The position numbers and the translations under genes are program-made. A stretch of 64,000 bases of DNA from Sedimentisphaeraceae bacterium JB056 (GTDB lineage: Bacteria; Planctomycetota; Phycisphaerae; Sedimentisphaerales; Sedimentisphaeraceae): assembly GCA_044440125.1 (NCBI GenBank), contig JBITAJ010000015.1:64001-128000 (forward strand). The letters run 5' to 3'. Below, in pieces: positions 46,644 through 56,700 of the stretch. How positions within the stretch are numbered: the first letter of the stretch is position 1; the number at the start of each line of letters is the position of its first letter. The notes under the pieces are model-generated. The model worked only from the letters and a program-made list of their open reading frames with translations, searched no databases and was not told the origin of the DNA.

Positions 46644-49607
46644 ATGTTGCTTTTAATGAATAAGAAAATTATCTCGGCAGGTATTTTTGTGTTTTTTGTA
46701 TTCTCAGCGTCTTTTGCATATGCCAAGGCCGCTGAAAATACAAAGATGAGTTTCCGTTTTACGTTCGGGCTTAAAGATGACGTTGCGGTCGAATGGAACG
46801 GAGAGATGAATATATCTGCTGGTGAGATTTTAAAAGCTTCTGCTTTAGACGTATGGCCGGATGAGTCTCGATCTGATTTTGTAATCGCTGATAGCGAACT
46901 AAGCTGGCAAGGTGGCTCAAAAAAAGATAAAAATCCCGACTGGGTCAAAGGCAATAATCATAAGCTGCCCGGCTATACGCCGTGGATCCATGATTATTCT
47001 ATATCCCGACCTTATAGTTTTATAGTAACTATTGAGACCGTTGCAGATACCAGAATTGCCGTCAAGACTCAAAGCCACGGTGAATTTACTTTTACTGCCG
47101 GTGAATTATCATTGGGCAGCAGTAAGAAATTTCTCGGTGGCCAGGTTGAAGTTGCCGCTTGTGCTTCTTCAAGTGAGGTAATGGCGATCGACAGGACAAC
47201 TCTGCCGATGAAATATAACGATTTCCCTTCTGTCTGCAACGATGAAGCCGGAACCGTGTATACAGCTTTTGTGTCGTTTACAGGCGGCACGAGTTCGCTT
47301 CTCAAACCCGGTACGGTAATATCGGGTAAAGGCAGAATTGAAAATTTCAGCGAAATTAACGATGAGCTTGGCGGCGATCAGATATTGCTTGTAAGGCAGC
47401 AGGACGGTCATATGTCTGAGCCTGAGCAGATAACCGATAGCGGAAAAGATATTTTTAGGGTTCAGATAGAATCAGCCGGCAACGATAAACTCTGGATAGT
47501 CTGGAGTGAACAGGTAAACGGAAATTGGGATTTATATCTCAAAATCCGTGAAAATGGAGACTGGAGTGAAATTCGCAGGCTTACCGCCGATGTCAACCCC
47601 GATATAAACCACGTGGTCGCAGAAGACGGCAAAGGCGGGCTGCATATAGTATGGCAGGGTTTCCGTGGAACCAATTCCGATATACTGTATATGCATCTTG
47701 ATTCTGAGGGCAATGTTTCCCCCGAGAAAACGGTAGCCTCTACGAACGCCAACGAATGGACGCCGGCAATAGCCGTGTCAGATGAGGGGAAAGTCGCTGT
47801 TGCCTGGGATACTTATGATAAAGGCGATTATGATGTCTATTACTGCCTCATGAATAAAGACGGCAGCTTTACCCAACCCCGGCCGGTGGCCGCAAGCCGT
47901 AAGTTTGAGGCCAGGCCCTCGGCGGTTTTTGATAAGGACCAGAGGCTTTGGATAGCCTATGAAGAAGCTGACGAGAACTGGGGCAAAGATGTCGGTGATG
48001 AGAGCCAGGTCAGCAAAAAAGCGGTCAATCTGCATATGGGAAGCACTATCGGTATAAGGTGCTTCAACGACGGCAGGGTGTATCAGCCCTGTGCGATGCC
48101 CCAATCCGTTATCGATATGGAAAGTTCCTATATTTATTATTACAAGAGATTTCAGAACCCGCGGGAATATTCAGTATACACTTCTCCGAATTATTATCTA
48201 TCGTTCCCGGTTCTTGCCAAAGATGCTGACGGCGGGATCAATCTCGTATATAAGAAGCAGTTGCTCAACGCTGTGGATATGCCCTTTGCAATCGTTTTTG
48301 GCAATTATATAACCCGTTTTGACGGTGTTTACTGGAGCCGACCGGTATATATGGCCGATTGTGAAGGTCATAGTTTTCAGAAGCCTGCCGTGGCAGAATT
48401 AAAGGATGGGCTTGTAGTTGCTTCGGGCTGCAATATGAGTGCTTCGAGTTCAAAGGGTCTTCAGAATGTCAGGCTCTCGAGAATCAATTTCCAAGACGAA
48501 ACTTTTGACTACCGGTTTCTGGAAGTCGATGAAGTAACTGTCGATAAGCCTAAGCAGGCAAGGGTTGAGGAAAAAGAAGATGTTGCCGCGATACGCGAAT
48601 TCCGTTCTGAGGCTAATGATACGGAGTATAGAATATTCAGTGGTGATTGCCACAGGCATACCACATTCTCCGGGGACGGCGGTTCGGATGGTTCAATATT
48701 TGACAGTATGAGATACGGACTTGATGTTGCCTCACTCAATTGGATGGGTAACGGCGATCATGACAACGGCTACAGGGAGTATGCGTGGTATATTACGCAG
48801 AAGATGTACGACGTATTCAAGATCAAGGATCATTTTGTGCCGATGTTCTGCTATGAGAGGAGCTACGGCTACCCCAGAGGGCACCGCAACGTACTTATGG
48901 CACATCGCGGTTTCAGGGTACTGCCCAGAAAAGGCGGAGCCAATGAAGATACCCTGTATGAATTCTGCCGCAAATACGATGCGATAAGTATTCCCCACAC
49001 AACCGGAACAAGAGCTGCCGGTACCGATTGGAGCTTCAATGACCCGGTGGCAGAGCCGGTTATGGAAATATACCAAGGTGCGAGAAATTCTTACGAGTAT
49101 CGGGGAGCCCCGCGAAGTGCGGGTGCGGATAGTAAAAATCCCGGTTTTTATTGGGATGCCCTTAAAAAAGGCTTTAAGATGGGCGTTATTTCCAGTTCCG
49201 ATCATAAGTCAACGCATTGCAGCTATGCGATGGTGTATCTTGATGATTATACAAGAACCGGGCTTATCGAAGCCTTGCGTAAACGCCATTGTTATGCGGC
49301 AACCGATAATATTATTCTTGAAGTTAAGTGCGGAGAGAATATGATGGGAGATATCTTTACGGTTGAAGGTGGTGTGAAGCTGGATATATACGCGAGAGGC
49401 ACTGATGAGATAAAGCAAATAGACATCATAAAGAATTGTGAAATAGTGAAAACCTTCAAGCCGCAAAAGCAGGAAGTTAAATTTACATGGCAGGATAATG
49501 ATGCCGGAAGCGGCGAAAACCATTATTATGTTCGGGTTTGGCAGCAAGACGGTGAACTTGCCTGGGGGACGCCTTTATGGATAACTATAAATTCTCAGAG
49601 CGAATGA
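46644..49607 (+). CDS. Secreted PHP-fold metallohydrolase (DUF3604/CehA-McbA-like) with beta-propeller region
   Basis: Propeller-like repeats (LWIVWSEQ, LHIVWQ, VAVAWD, LWIAYE); GDCHRHT, GDHD, GHRNV, IPHT, MEIYQ, SSSDH. Start may be 46656. Confidence 0.78.
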   Translation: MLLLMNKKIISAGIFVFFVFSASFAYAKAAENTKMSFRFTFGLKDDVAVEWNGEMNISAGEILKASALDVWPDESRSDFVIADSELSWQGGSKKDKNPDWVKGNNHKLPGYTPWIHDYSISRPYSFIVTIETVADTRIAVKTQSHGEFTFTAGELSLGSSKKFLGGQVEVAACASSSEVMAIDRTTLPMKYNDFPSVCNDEAGTVYTAFVSFTGGTSSLLKPGTVISGKGRIENFSEINDELGGDQILLVRQQDGHMSEPEQITDSGKDIFRVQIESAGNDKLWIVWSEQVNGNWDLYLKIRENGDWSEIRRLTADVNPDINHVVAEDGKGGLHIVWQGFRGTNSDILYMHLDSEGNVSPEKTVASTNANEWTPAIAVSDEGKVAVAWDTYDKGDYDVYYCLMNKDGSFTQPRPVAASRKFEARPSAVFDKDQRLWIAYEEADENWGKDVGDESQVSKKAVNLHMGSTIGIRCFNDGRVYQPCAMPQSVIDMESSYIYYYKRFQNPREYSVYTSPNYYLSFPVLAKDADGGINLVYKKQLLNAVDMPFAIVFGNYITRFDGVYWSRPVYMADCEGHSFQKPAVAELKDGLVVASGCNMSASSSKGLQNVRLSRINFQDETFDYRFLEVDEVTVDKPKQARVEEKEDVAAIREFRSEANDTEYRIFSGDCHRHTTFSGDGGSDGSIFDSMRYGLDVASLNWMGNGDHDNGYREYAWYITQKMYDVFKIKDHFVPMFCYERSYGYPRGHRNVLMAHRGFRVLPRKGGANEDTLYEFCRKYDAISIPHTTGTRAAGTDWSFNDPVAEPVMEIYQGARNSYEYRGAPRSAGADSKNPGFYWDALKKGFKMGVISSSDHKSTHCSYAMVYLDDYTRTGLIEALRKRHCYAATDNIILEVKCGENMMGDIFTVEGGVKLDIYARGTDEIKQIDIIKNCEIVKTFKPQKQEVKFTWQDNDAGSGENHYYVRVWQQDGELAWGTPLWITINSQSE

Positions 49608-49638
49608 TATTGGATAGAAAATTATTGGAGAGTATTAA

Positions 49639-52632
49639 ATGAAGTGGTTGAATTTACTATTAATTCTGGTACTGGCAGGCTATGTTTCCGCTATAGATAT
49701 TTATGTTTCGCCTGATGGTAAAGATTCTGCTGACGGCAGTCTTGAAGCTCCTTATAAGACCATACAAAGGGCAAGAGACCAACTGCGTCACCTCAAAAGC
49801 AATACTGATGAAGAAATCGCTGCGACAGTTTATATAAAGGGCGGTACATATGAGCTGACAGAGACGCTTGAATTCAACGAACTTGACAGTGGAACCGAAG
49901 ATGCTCCGATAGTTTATCGCAACTATGCCGGTCAGGATGTTCATATCGTGGGCGGCCGTCTTTTGAATTCTTCGGCGTTCAGTAAAGTATCGGATGATAA
50001 GGTGCTTGAGAAGCTTAGTGAAGAAGCCCGTGAGAACGTGCTTGAGGCTGATCTCAAAGAGATGGGTATCGCTGACTACGGGCAGTTCGGCCAATACGGA
50101 CATGTCATGGTTATCCCAGCTCCTATGGAACTTTTCTTTGGCGGCAATACGATGCAGATCGCACGTTATCCCAATGAAGGTTACGTTCATATAGGCAAGG
50201 TTATTGATAAAGGTTCGGTGCCGCGTATGGGTGATTACAGTAATCGCGGCGGAACGTTTGAATATACCGACCCGCGCCATGAAAAGTGGGCAGGGGTGGA
50301 AGATATTTGGCTTCAGGGAACGTTCAATAACGGCTATTCTGATGACAATATCCGTGTCGAATCCATTGATCCCCAAAGCGGACAGGTTAAACTGGCCCAG
50401 CCGTATCTTTACGGTCTGGCTTCAGGAAGGCACCATCAGCATTATTACGCCTACAATATCCTTTGCGAACTCGATAGCCCCGGTGAATATTATATAAATC
50501 GTAATACCGGAAAACTTTACTTCTGGCCGCCTTCGGATATCAATTCCTCTGATGCAGTAGTTTCAATGTTTGATGATCCGATCATTGCTATGGAAGGTGT
50601 GGAGTATATTACTCTTGAAGGTCTTACAGTGGAGGCATCACGGGGCATAGGTATCTATGTTGAGCGTGCTAATAATAATACTATTGCAGGGTGTACTGTA
50701 CGCAATACCGGAACAAGCGGTATATTCATGGGCATGGGAGCACATCAGACGTTTCCATTGCTAACTCATAACGATTATGAAGGCGTGCCGCGCAGCCGCC
50801 GTGTTGGAAGTTACCAAGGGCATATGTACCTGAATACCACATGGGACAGAAAAGCCGGAAATAACAACAAAGTGATAAGCTGTGACATTTATAATACCGG
50901 CAGCGGAGGAATACAACTCAGCGGCGGAAGCAAGAGGCATCTTATAAACGGCAACAGCGAAGTGGTCAATTGCAAACTGTATAATTTTAACAGACGTAAC
51001 AAATTCCTCTGGGCTGGCATTAACGTTGATGGGTGCGGCAATCGTATCGCAAACTGCGATATATCAGACAGCCATTTTCAGGCGATATATGTTCGGGGTA
51101 ATGAGCATGTTTTTGAATACAACTACATTCATCAGATCGCAAAGGATTCTGATGATACATCAGCATGGTATCTTGGACGCGATCCCAGCGACCGCGGCAA
51201 CATAGTACGTTACAATTTTTTCTATGATGTCGGCAGGGAAGACAGGAGCGTGATGGGCGTCTATTGCGACGATGCTACAACTGATGTTAAGGTGATCGGC
51301 AATATCTTCTATAAGGTCGGTCAGGGAAGAGCAACGGTATTTAGCAATGCCGGACAGGATTTGCTGGTTAAAAACAATATATTCGTGGATTGCGGCAGTG
51401 CCGTTGAGCTGAGTTCATTCTTTTACACATGGGGAAGAACTAAGGGGCCTCACGGTCAGCCCCAGGCCGGCGGGATATTCTATGAGCTCTTCGAAAATCC
51501 GGGCGTATATCCGGTACGACTGGGCAAGGTTAATTTTAAGCAGCCCCCTTACAGTGAAAAGTATCCCGGTCTCACCGACTGGTTAGACAGGCTCCCCGAT
51601 GAGCCGCAGGGCTATGTGGGCATTCGTCCAAGAAGAAACCTTATGATAAACAACGTCCTGTATAACTGCAAGGAAAAAGTCAACTATAAAGGCGATTATG
51701 CTCAGTTTGAGACGAAAAATAATTTTGTTGCCGATAAAAATCCAGGCTTTGTTGATCTGGCAAATCTTGACATGAGACTCAAAGATGATTCGGTTGTTTA
51801 TGATGAAATCCCGGGTTTTGAGCGTATACCTTTCGAGAAAATAGGTCTCTACGATGACGAATACCGCAAATCAGAAAGTGATAAATATTCGAATGAGCCC
51901 AGCAGCGGCAAAGAACTTGAAGAAAAGACTTCCGCCGAACAGGTAACAGAGTACGACCCTTCACAGGATATGTCGCTTTCACCTCAGCAACGTAAGTGGG
52001 AGTTGACCCTTAAAGAGAATCTTGGCGACTTCTATTATCCGATATATCTCAGGGAGCGTGCTAAAGGCACAGAGCAGGCGTGGGATTACGTCGAAGATGA
52101 TCCGAAACTGCCGAGAATGCTTGTGATCGGAGACTCTATCTCCCGTGGATATACTCTGCCTCTGCGTCACAGTCTTGAAGGCAAGGCCAATGTCCACAGG
52201 GCACCGGCTAATTGCGGACCTACGACAAAAGGTCTCGAAAAACTTTCCATATGGCTTGATGAAGGAAAATGGGATATTATATCTTTTAATTTCGGAATAC
52301 ACGACAGAAACACGCCACTGGATGTCTACAATGATAATCTTCGCGAGCTGGTCAGCCGGTTGAAAAAGACTGGAGCAAAGCTTGTATGGGTTAGTTCAAC
52401 TCCGATACCTCCGGGTGCTGATATATATGTTGAAGGCGCCATTGATAATATGAATGCGGCTGCCGAAATGATAATGAAAGAAAATGAAATACCCATTATT
52501 AATCTTCATGATTATATACAACCGGTTATCGGACAATATCAATTGCCGAATAATTGTCATTATAAAAGTGAGGGATATGAATATATGGGGCATTTTCTTG
52601 CTTCGCAGATAGAAAAGCAACTACAAAGTTAA
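49639..52632 (+). CDS. GH141-like beta-helix protein fused to SGNH/GDSL esterase
   Basis: IYVSPDGKD, IKGGTY, ARYPN, ELDSPGEYY, GVYCDD; C-terminal IGDSISRGY, FNFGIHD, NNCHY. Confidence 0.85.
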   Translation: MKWLNLLLILVLAGYVSAIDIYVSPDGKDSADGSLEAPYKTIQRARDQLRHLKSNTDEEIAATVYIKGGTYELTETLEFNELDSGTEDAPIVYRNYAGQDVHIVGGRLLNSSAFSKVSDDKVLEKLSEEARENVLEADLKEMGIADYGQFGQYGHVMVIPAPMELFFGGNTMQIARYPNEGYVHIGKVIDKGSVPRMGDYSNRGGTFEYTDPRHEKWAGVEDIWLQGTFNNGYSDDNIRVESIDPQSGQVKLAQPYLYGLASGRHHQHYYAYNILCELDSPGEYYINRNTGKLYFWPPSDINSSDAVVSMFDDPIIAMEGVEYITLEGLTVEASRGIGIYVERANNNTIAGCTVRNTGTSGIFMGMGAHQTFPLLTHNDYEGVPRSRRVGSYQGHMYLNTTWDRKAGNNNKVISCDIYNTGSGGIQLSGGSKRHLINGNSEVVNCKLYNFNRRNKFLWAGINVDGCGNRIANCDISDSHFQAIYVRGNEHVFEYNYIHQIAKDSDDTSAWYLGRDPSDRGNIVRYNFFYDVGREDRSVMGVYCDDATTDVKVIGNIFYKVGQGRATVFSNAGQDLLVKNNIFVDCGSAVELSSFFYTWGRTKGPHGQPQAGGIFYELFENPGVYPVRLGKVNFKQPPYSEKYPGLTDWLDRLPDEPQGYVGIRPRRNLMINNVLYNCKEKVNYKGDYAQFETKNNFVADKNPGFVDLANLDMRLKDDSVVYDEIPGFERIPFEKIGLYDDEYRKSESDKYSNEPSSGKELEEKTSAEQVTEYDPSQDMSLSPQQRKWELTLKENLGDFYYPIYLRERAKGTEQAWDYVEDDPKLPRMLVIGDSISRGYTLPLRHSLEGKANVHRAPANCGPTTKGLEKLSIWLDEGKWDIISFNFGIHDRNTPLDVYNDNLRELVSRLKKTGAKLVWVSSTPIPPGADIYVEGAIDNMNAAAEMIMKENEIPIINLHDYIQPVIGQYQLPNNCHYKSEGYEYMGHFLASQIEKQLQS

Positions 52633-52644
52633 GAAAGGCTACAA

Positions 52645-54420
52645 GTGCATCTTACTATTTATGATTATTGTGTCATAGCATTTTATCTTGTTTTTATGTT
52701 TTCGCTGGGGCCGATATATAAGAGCTTCAGCAAGACTTCCAGCGATTATTTCCGCGGCGGTGGAACTATGCTCTGGTGGATAGTCGGTATCTCATCGGTA
52801 ATGACCGGCTTTTCGGCCATGGCGTTTGTCGGCACTGCTGCGAAGACTTACGAAACCGGAACTTTTTATCTCGTGCTCTGGGCCTGCGGCACGGCGGCCT
52901 TGGTCTTTATGTTTTTCTTCACCGCCGCAAAATACAGACAAATGCGTGTTGTTACTGCCGTGGAAGCTGTACGTGATCGTTTTGGGAAAGCTAATGAACA
53001 GATATTCACTTGGCTGCTGATACCCACATTTCTCATATGGGGCGGCGTAGGATTATATGCAATCGCTGTTTTTATGAGTGGCGTTTTTGGTTTCAATATG
53101 GAAATAACGATTATCTCGCTCTCGGCTGCGGTTGTAGGTATGACTCTTCTGGGCGGCAGTTGGGCGGCTACCGCTGGCGACTTTGTACAGATGCTGATTG
53201 TGTTCTGCATAACTATGCTGATGGCCTTTCTCGTATTACGACATCCTGATATAGGGGGATTCAGCGGTCTGCTTCATAAATTACCTGATTATCATTTCAA
53301 CTGGACCGGCTTTGCGCGTCCGGGCGTTTTGATATTCTTTATTGTTATGCTGTTTTTCAATCAATTGATGGTTATGAACAGCATTGCCATGGGAGCGGCC
53401 AAATATGTATTCGTTAAAACAGGTGCCGATGCAAAGAAAGCCGTTCTGCTTACTATAATCGGCCTGACTTTCGTTACCCCGCTGCTGCTGATACCTCCTG
53501 CCGCGGCAACTATTTTCTTCCCTGATCTAACGCAGGATTATGGTAATTTGAACAATCCTAATGAAGCGGCATATGTTGCCATGGCAATTAAATTTCTGCC
53601 ACAGGGACTTTTGGGTATGCTGATATGTGCGGTGTTCGCATCGAGCCTGACATCAATGAACAGCAGTCTTAATACAATAACCGCTACTTTTGTGCGAAAT
53701 TTCTACATAGAGCTGATAGATAAAAAGGCCTCTGAGCAAAAACAGATATTCATTGGCCGTATATTCATGCTTGTATTCGGGGTCGTTCTGGTAGGCATAG
53801 CACTTGTCTTTAAGAACATGAAAGGTCTTCAGCTTTTTGATCTTATGATACTTGTTGCAGCATCTATAAATATTCCGCTTTCAGTACCAACGTTTCTTGG
53901 AATATTTATCAAGAAAACGCCATCATGGGCCGGCTGGGGAACGATGGTTGTGGGTATGTCTGCCGCGATGATATCGAGATTTTTTCTCTCAAACGATTTG
54001 ATAGAGAGCAGCGTTTCCGGTATTTTTACGCTTTCAACACCTCTTAGCGCAAGAGAGTTGGGTGATCTTAATATCGCAATAACCACCGCGATAATGCTCC
54101 TGGTCTGCAACGGATTTTTCTTTTTCTCCATGCTTTTCTACAAGCCTGACGAAGAGGAGAAGAAGCGTGTTGATGGTTTCTTCAAACGAATGAATACGCC
54201 GGTAGATGTTGAAAAAGAACATGGGCCGACTTACGAAAGTGACAAACGGCAGGTTGGTGTTTTGGGTAATCTGAGCCTCGTTTATGGCTGTTTTATTGTC
54301 TTGATGCTTCTAATTCCTAATGAAATGAAGTCAAGATTACATATAGCGATTATAGCAGCTGTTATTCTTGGTTTTGGTATCACATTGAAGTATATTGCAA
54401 AGAAGTACAGAAATGGTTAA
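52645..54420 (+). CDS. Sodium:solute symporter (SSS family) sugar transporter
   Basis: DYFRGG, many TM helices, GGSWA...DFVQ, LPQGLLGML...SSMNSSLN-like segment; GTG start. Confidence 0.92.
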   Translation: MHLTIYDYCVIAFYLVFMFSLGPIYKSFSKTSSDYFRGGGTMLWWIVGISSVMTGFSAMAFVGTAAKTYETGTFYLVLWACGTAALVFMFFFTAAKYRQMRVVTAVEAVRDRFGKANEQIFTWLLIPTFLIWGGVGLYAIAVFMSGVFGFNMEITIISLSAAVVGMTLLGGSWAATAGDFVQMLIVFCITMLMAFLVLRHPDIGGFSGLLHKLPDYHFNWTGFARPGVLIFFIVMLFFNQLMVMNSIAMGAAKYVFVKTGADAKKAVLLTIIGLTFVTPLLLIPPAAATIFFPDLTQDYGNLNNPNEAAYVAMAIKFLPQGLLGMLICAVFASSLTSMNSSLNTITATFVRNFYIELIDKKASEQKQIFIGRIFMLVFGVVLVGIALVFKNMKGLQLFDLMILVAASINIPLSVPTFLGIFIKKTPSWAGWGTMVVGMSAAMISRFFLSNDLIESSVSGIFTLSTPLSARELGDLNIAITTAIMLLVCNGFFFFSMLFYKPDEEEKKRVDGFFKRMNTPVDVEKEHGPTYESDKRQVGVLGNLSLVYGCFIVLMLLIPNEMKSRLHIAIIAAVILGFGITLKYIAKKYRNG

Positions 54421-54426
54421 ACTTTT

Positions 54427-56667
54427 ATGAATTGCAAAATGTGCAAAAATTTACGTAGTCTTATGCCTCTGATTGTTTTTAGCATGATAATTTGTTTCTC
54501 ATGGGAAACGCTGGCTCGGCCGAAAGCAAATTCTATAGCTTATTACGTTGCATCTGATGCAGATGGAAGTGGTGATGGTTCAATAAGAAGCCCTTTCTCC
54601 TCTCTTGAACAGGCAAGAGATGCTCTTCGCTGCTTAAAAGAGGATGGTGAGCTTGAGGCTTCCGTTACTATTTATCTTCGTGGCGGTGATTATTTTATCA
54701 ATGACTCATTTAAGCTTGATCAGAGAGATTCCGGCTCTTCGGATTACAGGGTAACCTATTGTGCTTATAACGATGAGAAGGTGAGATTTATTGGCGGCGT
54801 CAGTATTCCCCTTTCAGAGTTTGAGGAAGTAACTGACAAATCAATACTTGATAGACTGCCTGATGAATCATCTGGTAAGGTTCTTAAAGTAAATCTTAAA
54901 AAGAGAGGTATAACGGATTATGGAAAAATGTCTCTCTATGGTCATAGTATGGGTTTTCTCAATGCTGTTACTAAATTCAAATCAGGAGCAGCTTCCTCTC
55001 AGTTATTTTATAATGATGAGTCTATGCAGATAGCCAGATGGCCTAATGACGACTTTGCTAAGATAGATGAAGTCGTGCAAGCCGGTTCTGTTCCGCGGCA
55101 TTGGATGGATGATATGAAAGGCTCTGATAATAAGAGTGTATTAGCTACATATATCCAGCCAGAGGATCGTGAAGATCCGCCGCTTGGATTCAAGATAAAG
55201 ATATCTGATGATCGTATAAAACGCTGGACTAAGGCTGAAGATATATGGATGTTCGGATACTGGTACTGGGACTGGTCCGATCAGAGTGTTGAGGTTGAGA
55301 GCATTGATTTCGAGAATAATATTATATCCAGCGTTCAGCCCAGTGCTTACGGCGTGCGTGAGAAACAGCGATTCTATGTGTATAATCTTCTCGAAGAGAT
55401 AGACATGCCGGGTGAGTGGTATCTGGACAGGCAAACCGGTGATCTTTATTTCTATCCGCCTGCTGATGCTTCCGGAGGTGATGTAAAGCTTTCACTGCTT
55501 GACAAACCTATGATCGAGATGAAGGATGTTCACAATGTAACTGTCAAGGGTATTGATATAAGCGTTTCGAGAAGCAGTGCGTTTGTGATAAAAGATGGCG
55601 GCAACTGTCTTGTATCTGACTGCATGGTAAGCAAGGTAGGCGGTACGGCAATTTCCACTAGTGGTGGTAAGGCTCATGGCGTCAAGAATTGTGTTGTCTT
55701 TGATGTAGCCGCAAGTGGTATTTCTGTCAGTGGCGGTGATCGTCATACGCTTTCTCCGGCAGGTCATTACGTGGAAAACTGTCATATACACAGCTTCGGC
55801 AGAATGGCCAAGACATACAATCCCGCCATAAGCATCAGCGGTGTAGGCAACAGGGCAGTTCACAACGAAATACACAACGGCCCCCATGCCGGACTTATCT
55901 TTGGCGGTAACGACCACATAATAGCCTACAACGAGATATACGACGTGGTCAACGAATCGCAGGATATGGGCGCGATCTATTGCGGCAGGGACCTTACCGG
56001 TCGCGGCAATGTTATAAAGCATAACTTCATACACGATGTGAAAGGTGTTGAAGGGGGCCATCCCAACCTTATACACGGCATATATTTTGATGATATGTAT
56101 TCAGGCTGTTACGTTATCGGCAATGTATTCAGTAATATGCCTACCGGCGTACTGGTGAACGGCGGCCGCGACCATACCATCGATAACAACATATTCGTCA
56201 ATATATCTAATAAACCTGTTATCCTTGCCACCTCCGGTTTTATGAGCTGGTCTGCCAAGCATTGGAAAAATCATGCCTATGGTCTCAACAGCGATCCAAG
56301 GAGGGCTGATGTTGAAAGCCAGGGCGGCAGTGCCGTGCCGTGGGATAGGGCCCCGTATGACAAGTATCCTCATATGACCAATATACGTGAGGATGAGCCA
56401 AAACATCCCAAGTATAACAGCGTGGCGAAAAATGTATTCTACAATTCGCCCGATATGTATATCTGGATAAGGGGCGAAATTGATTTTGGCGAGGAAATGG
56501 TTCGCGGTTATTCGAACATAAGAGATAATTTCCTGGCTCAGAATGATCCGGGATTTGAAGATGCTGAGGATATGGCGTTTTCACTTAAAAGTGATTCGGT
56601 TGTTTATCAGAAGATATCCGGTTTCGAGCCGATACCCTTCGATACGATCGGCCCTGTAACTAAATAA
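54427..56667 (+). CDS. GH141-like right-handed beta-helix protein
   Basis: YYVASD, LRGGDY, ARWPN, EEIDMPGEWYLD, DMGAIYCGRD, GIYFDD. Confidence 0.85.
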   Translation: MNCKMCKNLRSLMPLIVFSMIICFSWETLARPKANSIAYYVASDADGSGDGSIRSPFSSLEQARDALRCLKEDGELEASVTIYLRGGDYFINDSFKLDQRDSGSSDYRVTYCAYNDEKVRFIGGVSIPLSEFEEVTDKSILDRLPDESSGKVLKVNLKKRGITDYGKMSLYGHSMGFLNAVTKFKSGAASSQLFYNDESMQIARWPNDDFAKIDEVVQAGSVPRHWMDDMKGSDNKSVLATYIQPEDREDPPLGFKIKISDDRIKRWTKAEDIWMFGYWYWDWSDQSVEVESIDFENNIISSVQPSAYGVREKQRFYVYNLLEEIDMPGEWYLDRQTGDLYFYPPADASGGDVKLSLLDKPMIEMKDVHNVTVKGIDISVSRSSAFVIKDGGNCLVSDCMVSKVGGTAISTSGGKAHGVKNCVVFDVAASGISVSGGDRHTLSPAGHYVENCHIHSFGRMAKTYNPAISISGVGNRAVHNEIHNGPHAGLIFGGNDHIIAYNEIYDVVNESQDMGAIYCGRDLTGRGNVIKHNFIHDVKGVEGGHPNLIHGIYFDDMYSGCYVIGNVFSNMPTGVLVNGGRDHTIDNNIFVNISNKPVILATSGFMSWSAKHWKNHAYGLNSDPRRADVESQGGSAVPWDRAPYDKYPHMTNIREDEPKHPKYNSVAKNVFYNSPDMYIWIRGEIDFGEEMVRGYSNIRDNFLAQNDPGFEDAEDMAFSLKSDSVVYQKISGFEPIPFDTIGPVTK

Positions 56668-56700
56668 TCAAACGATAAAATTCGGGAAAGGATAATCATA

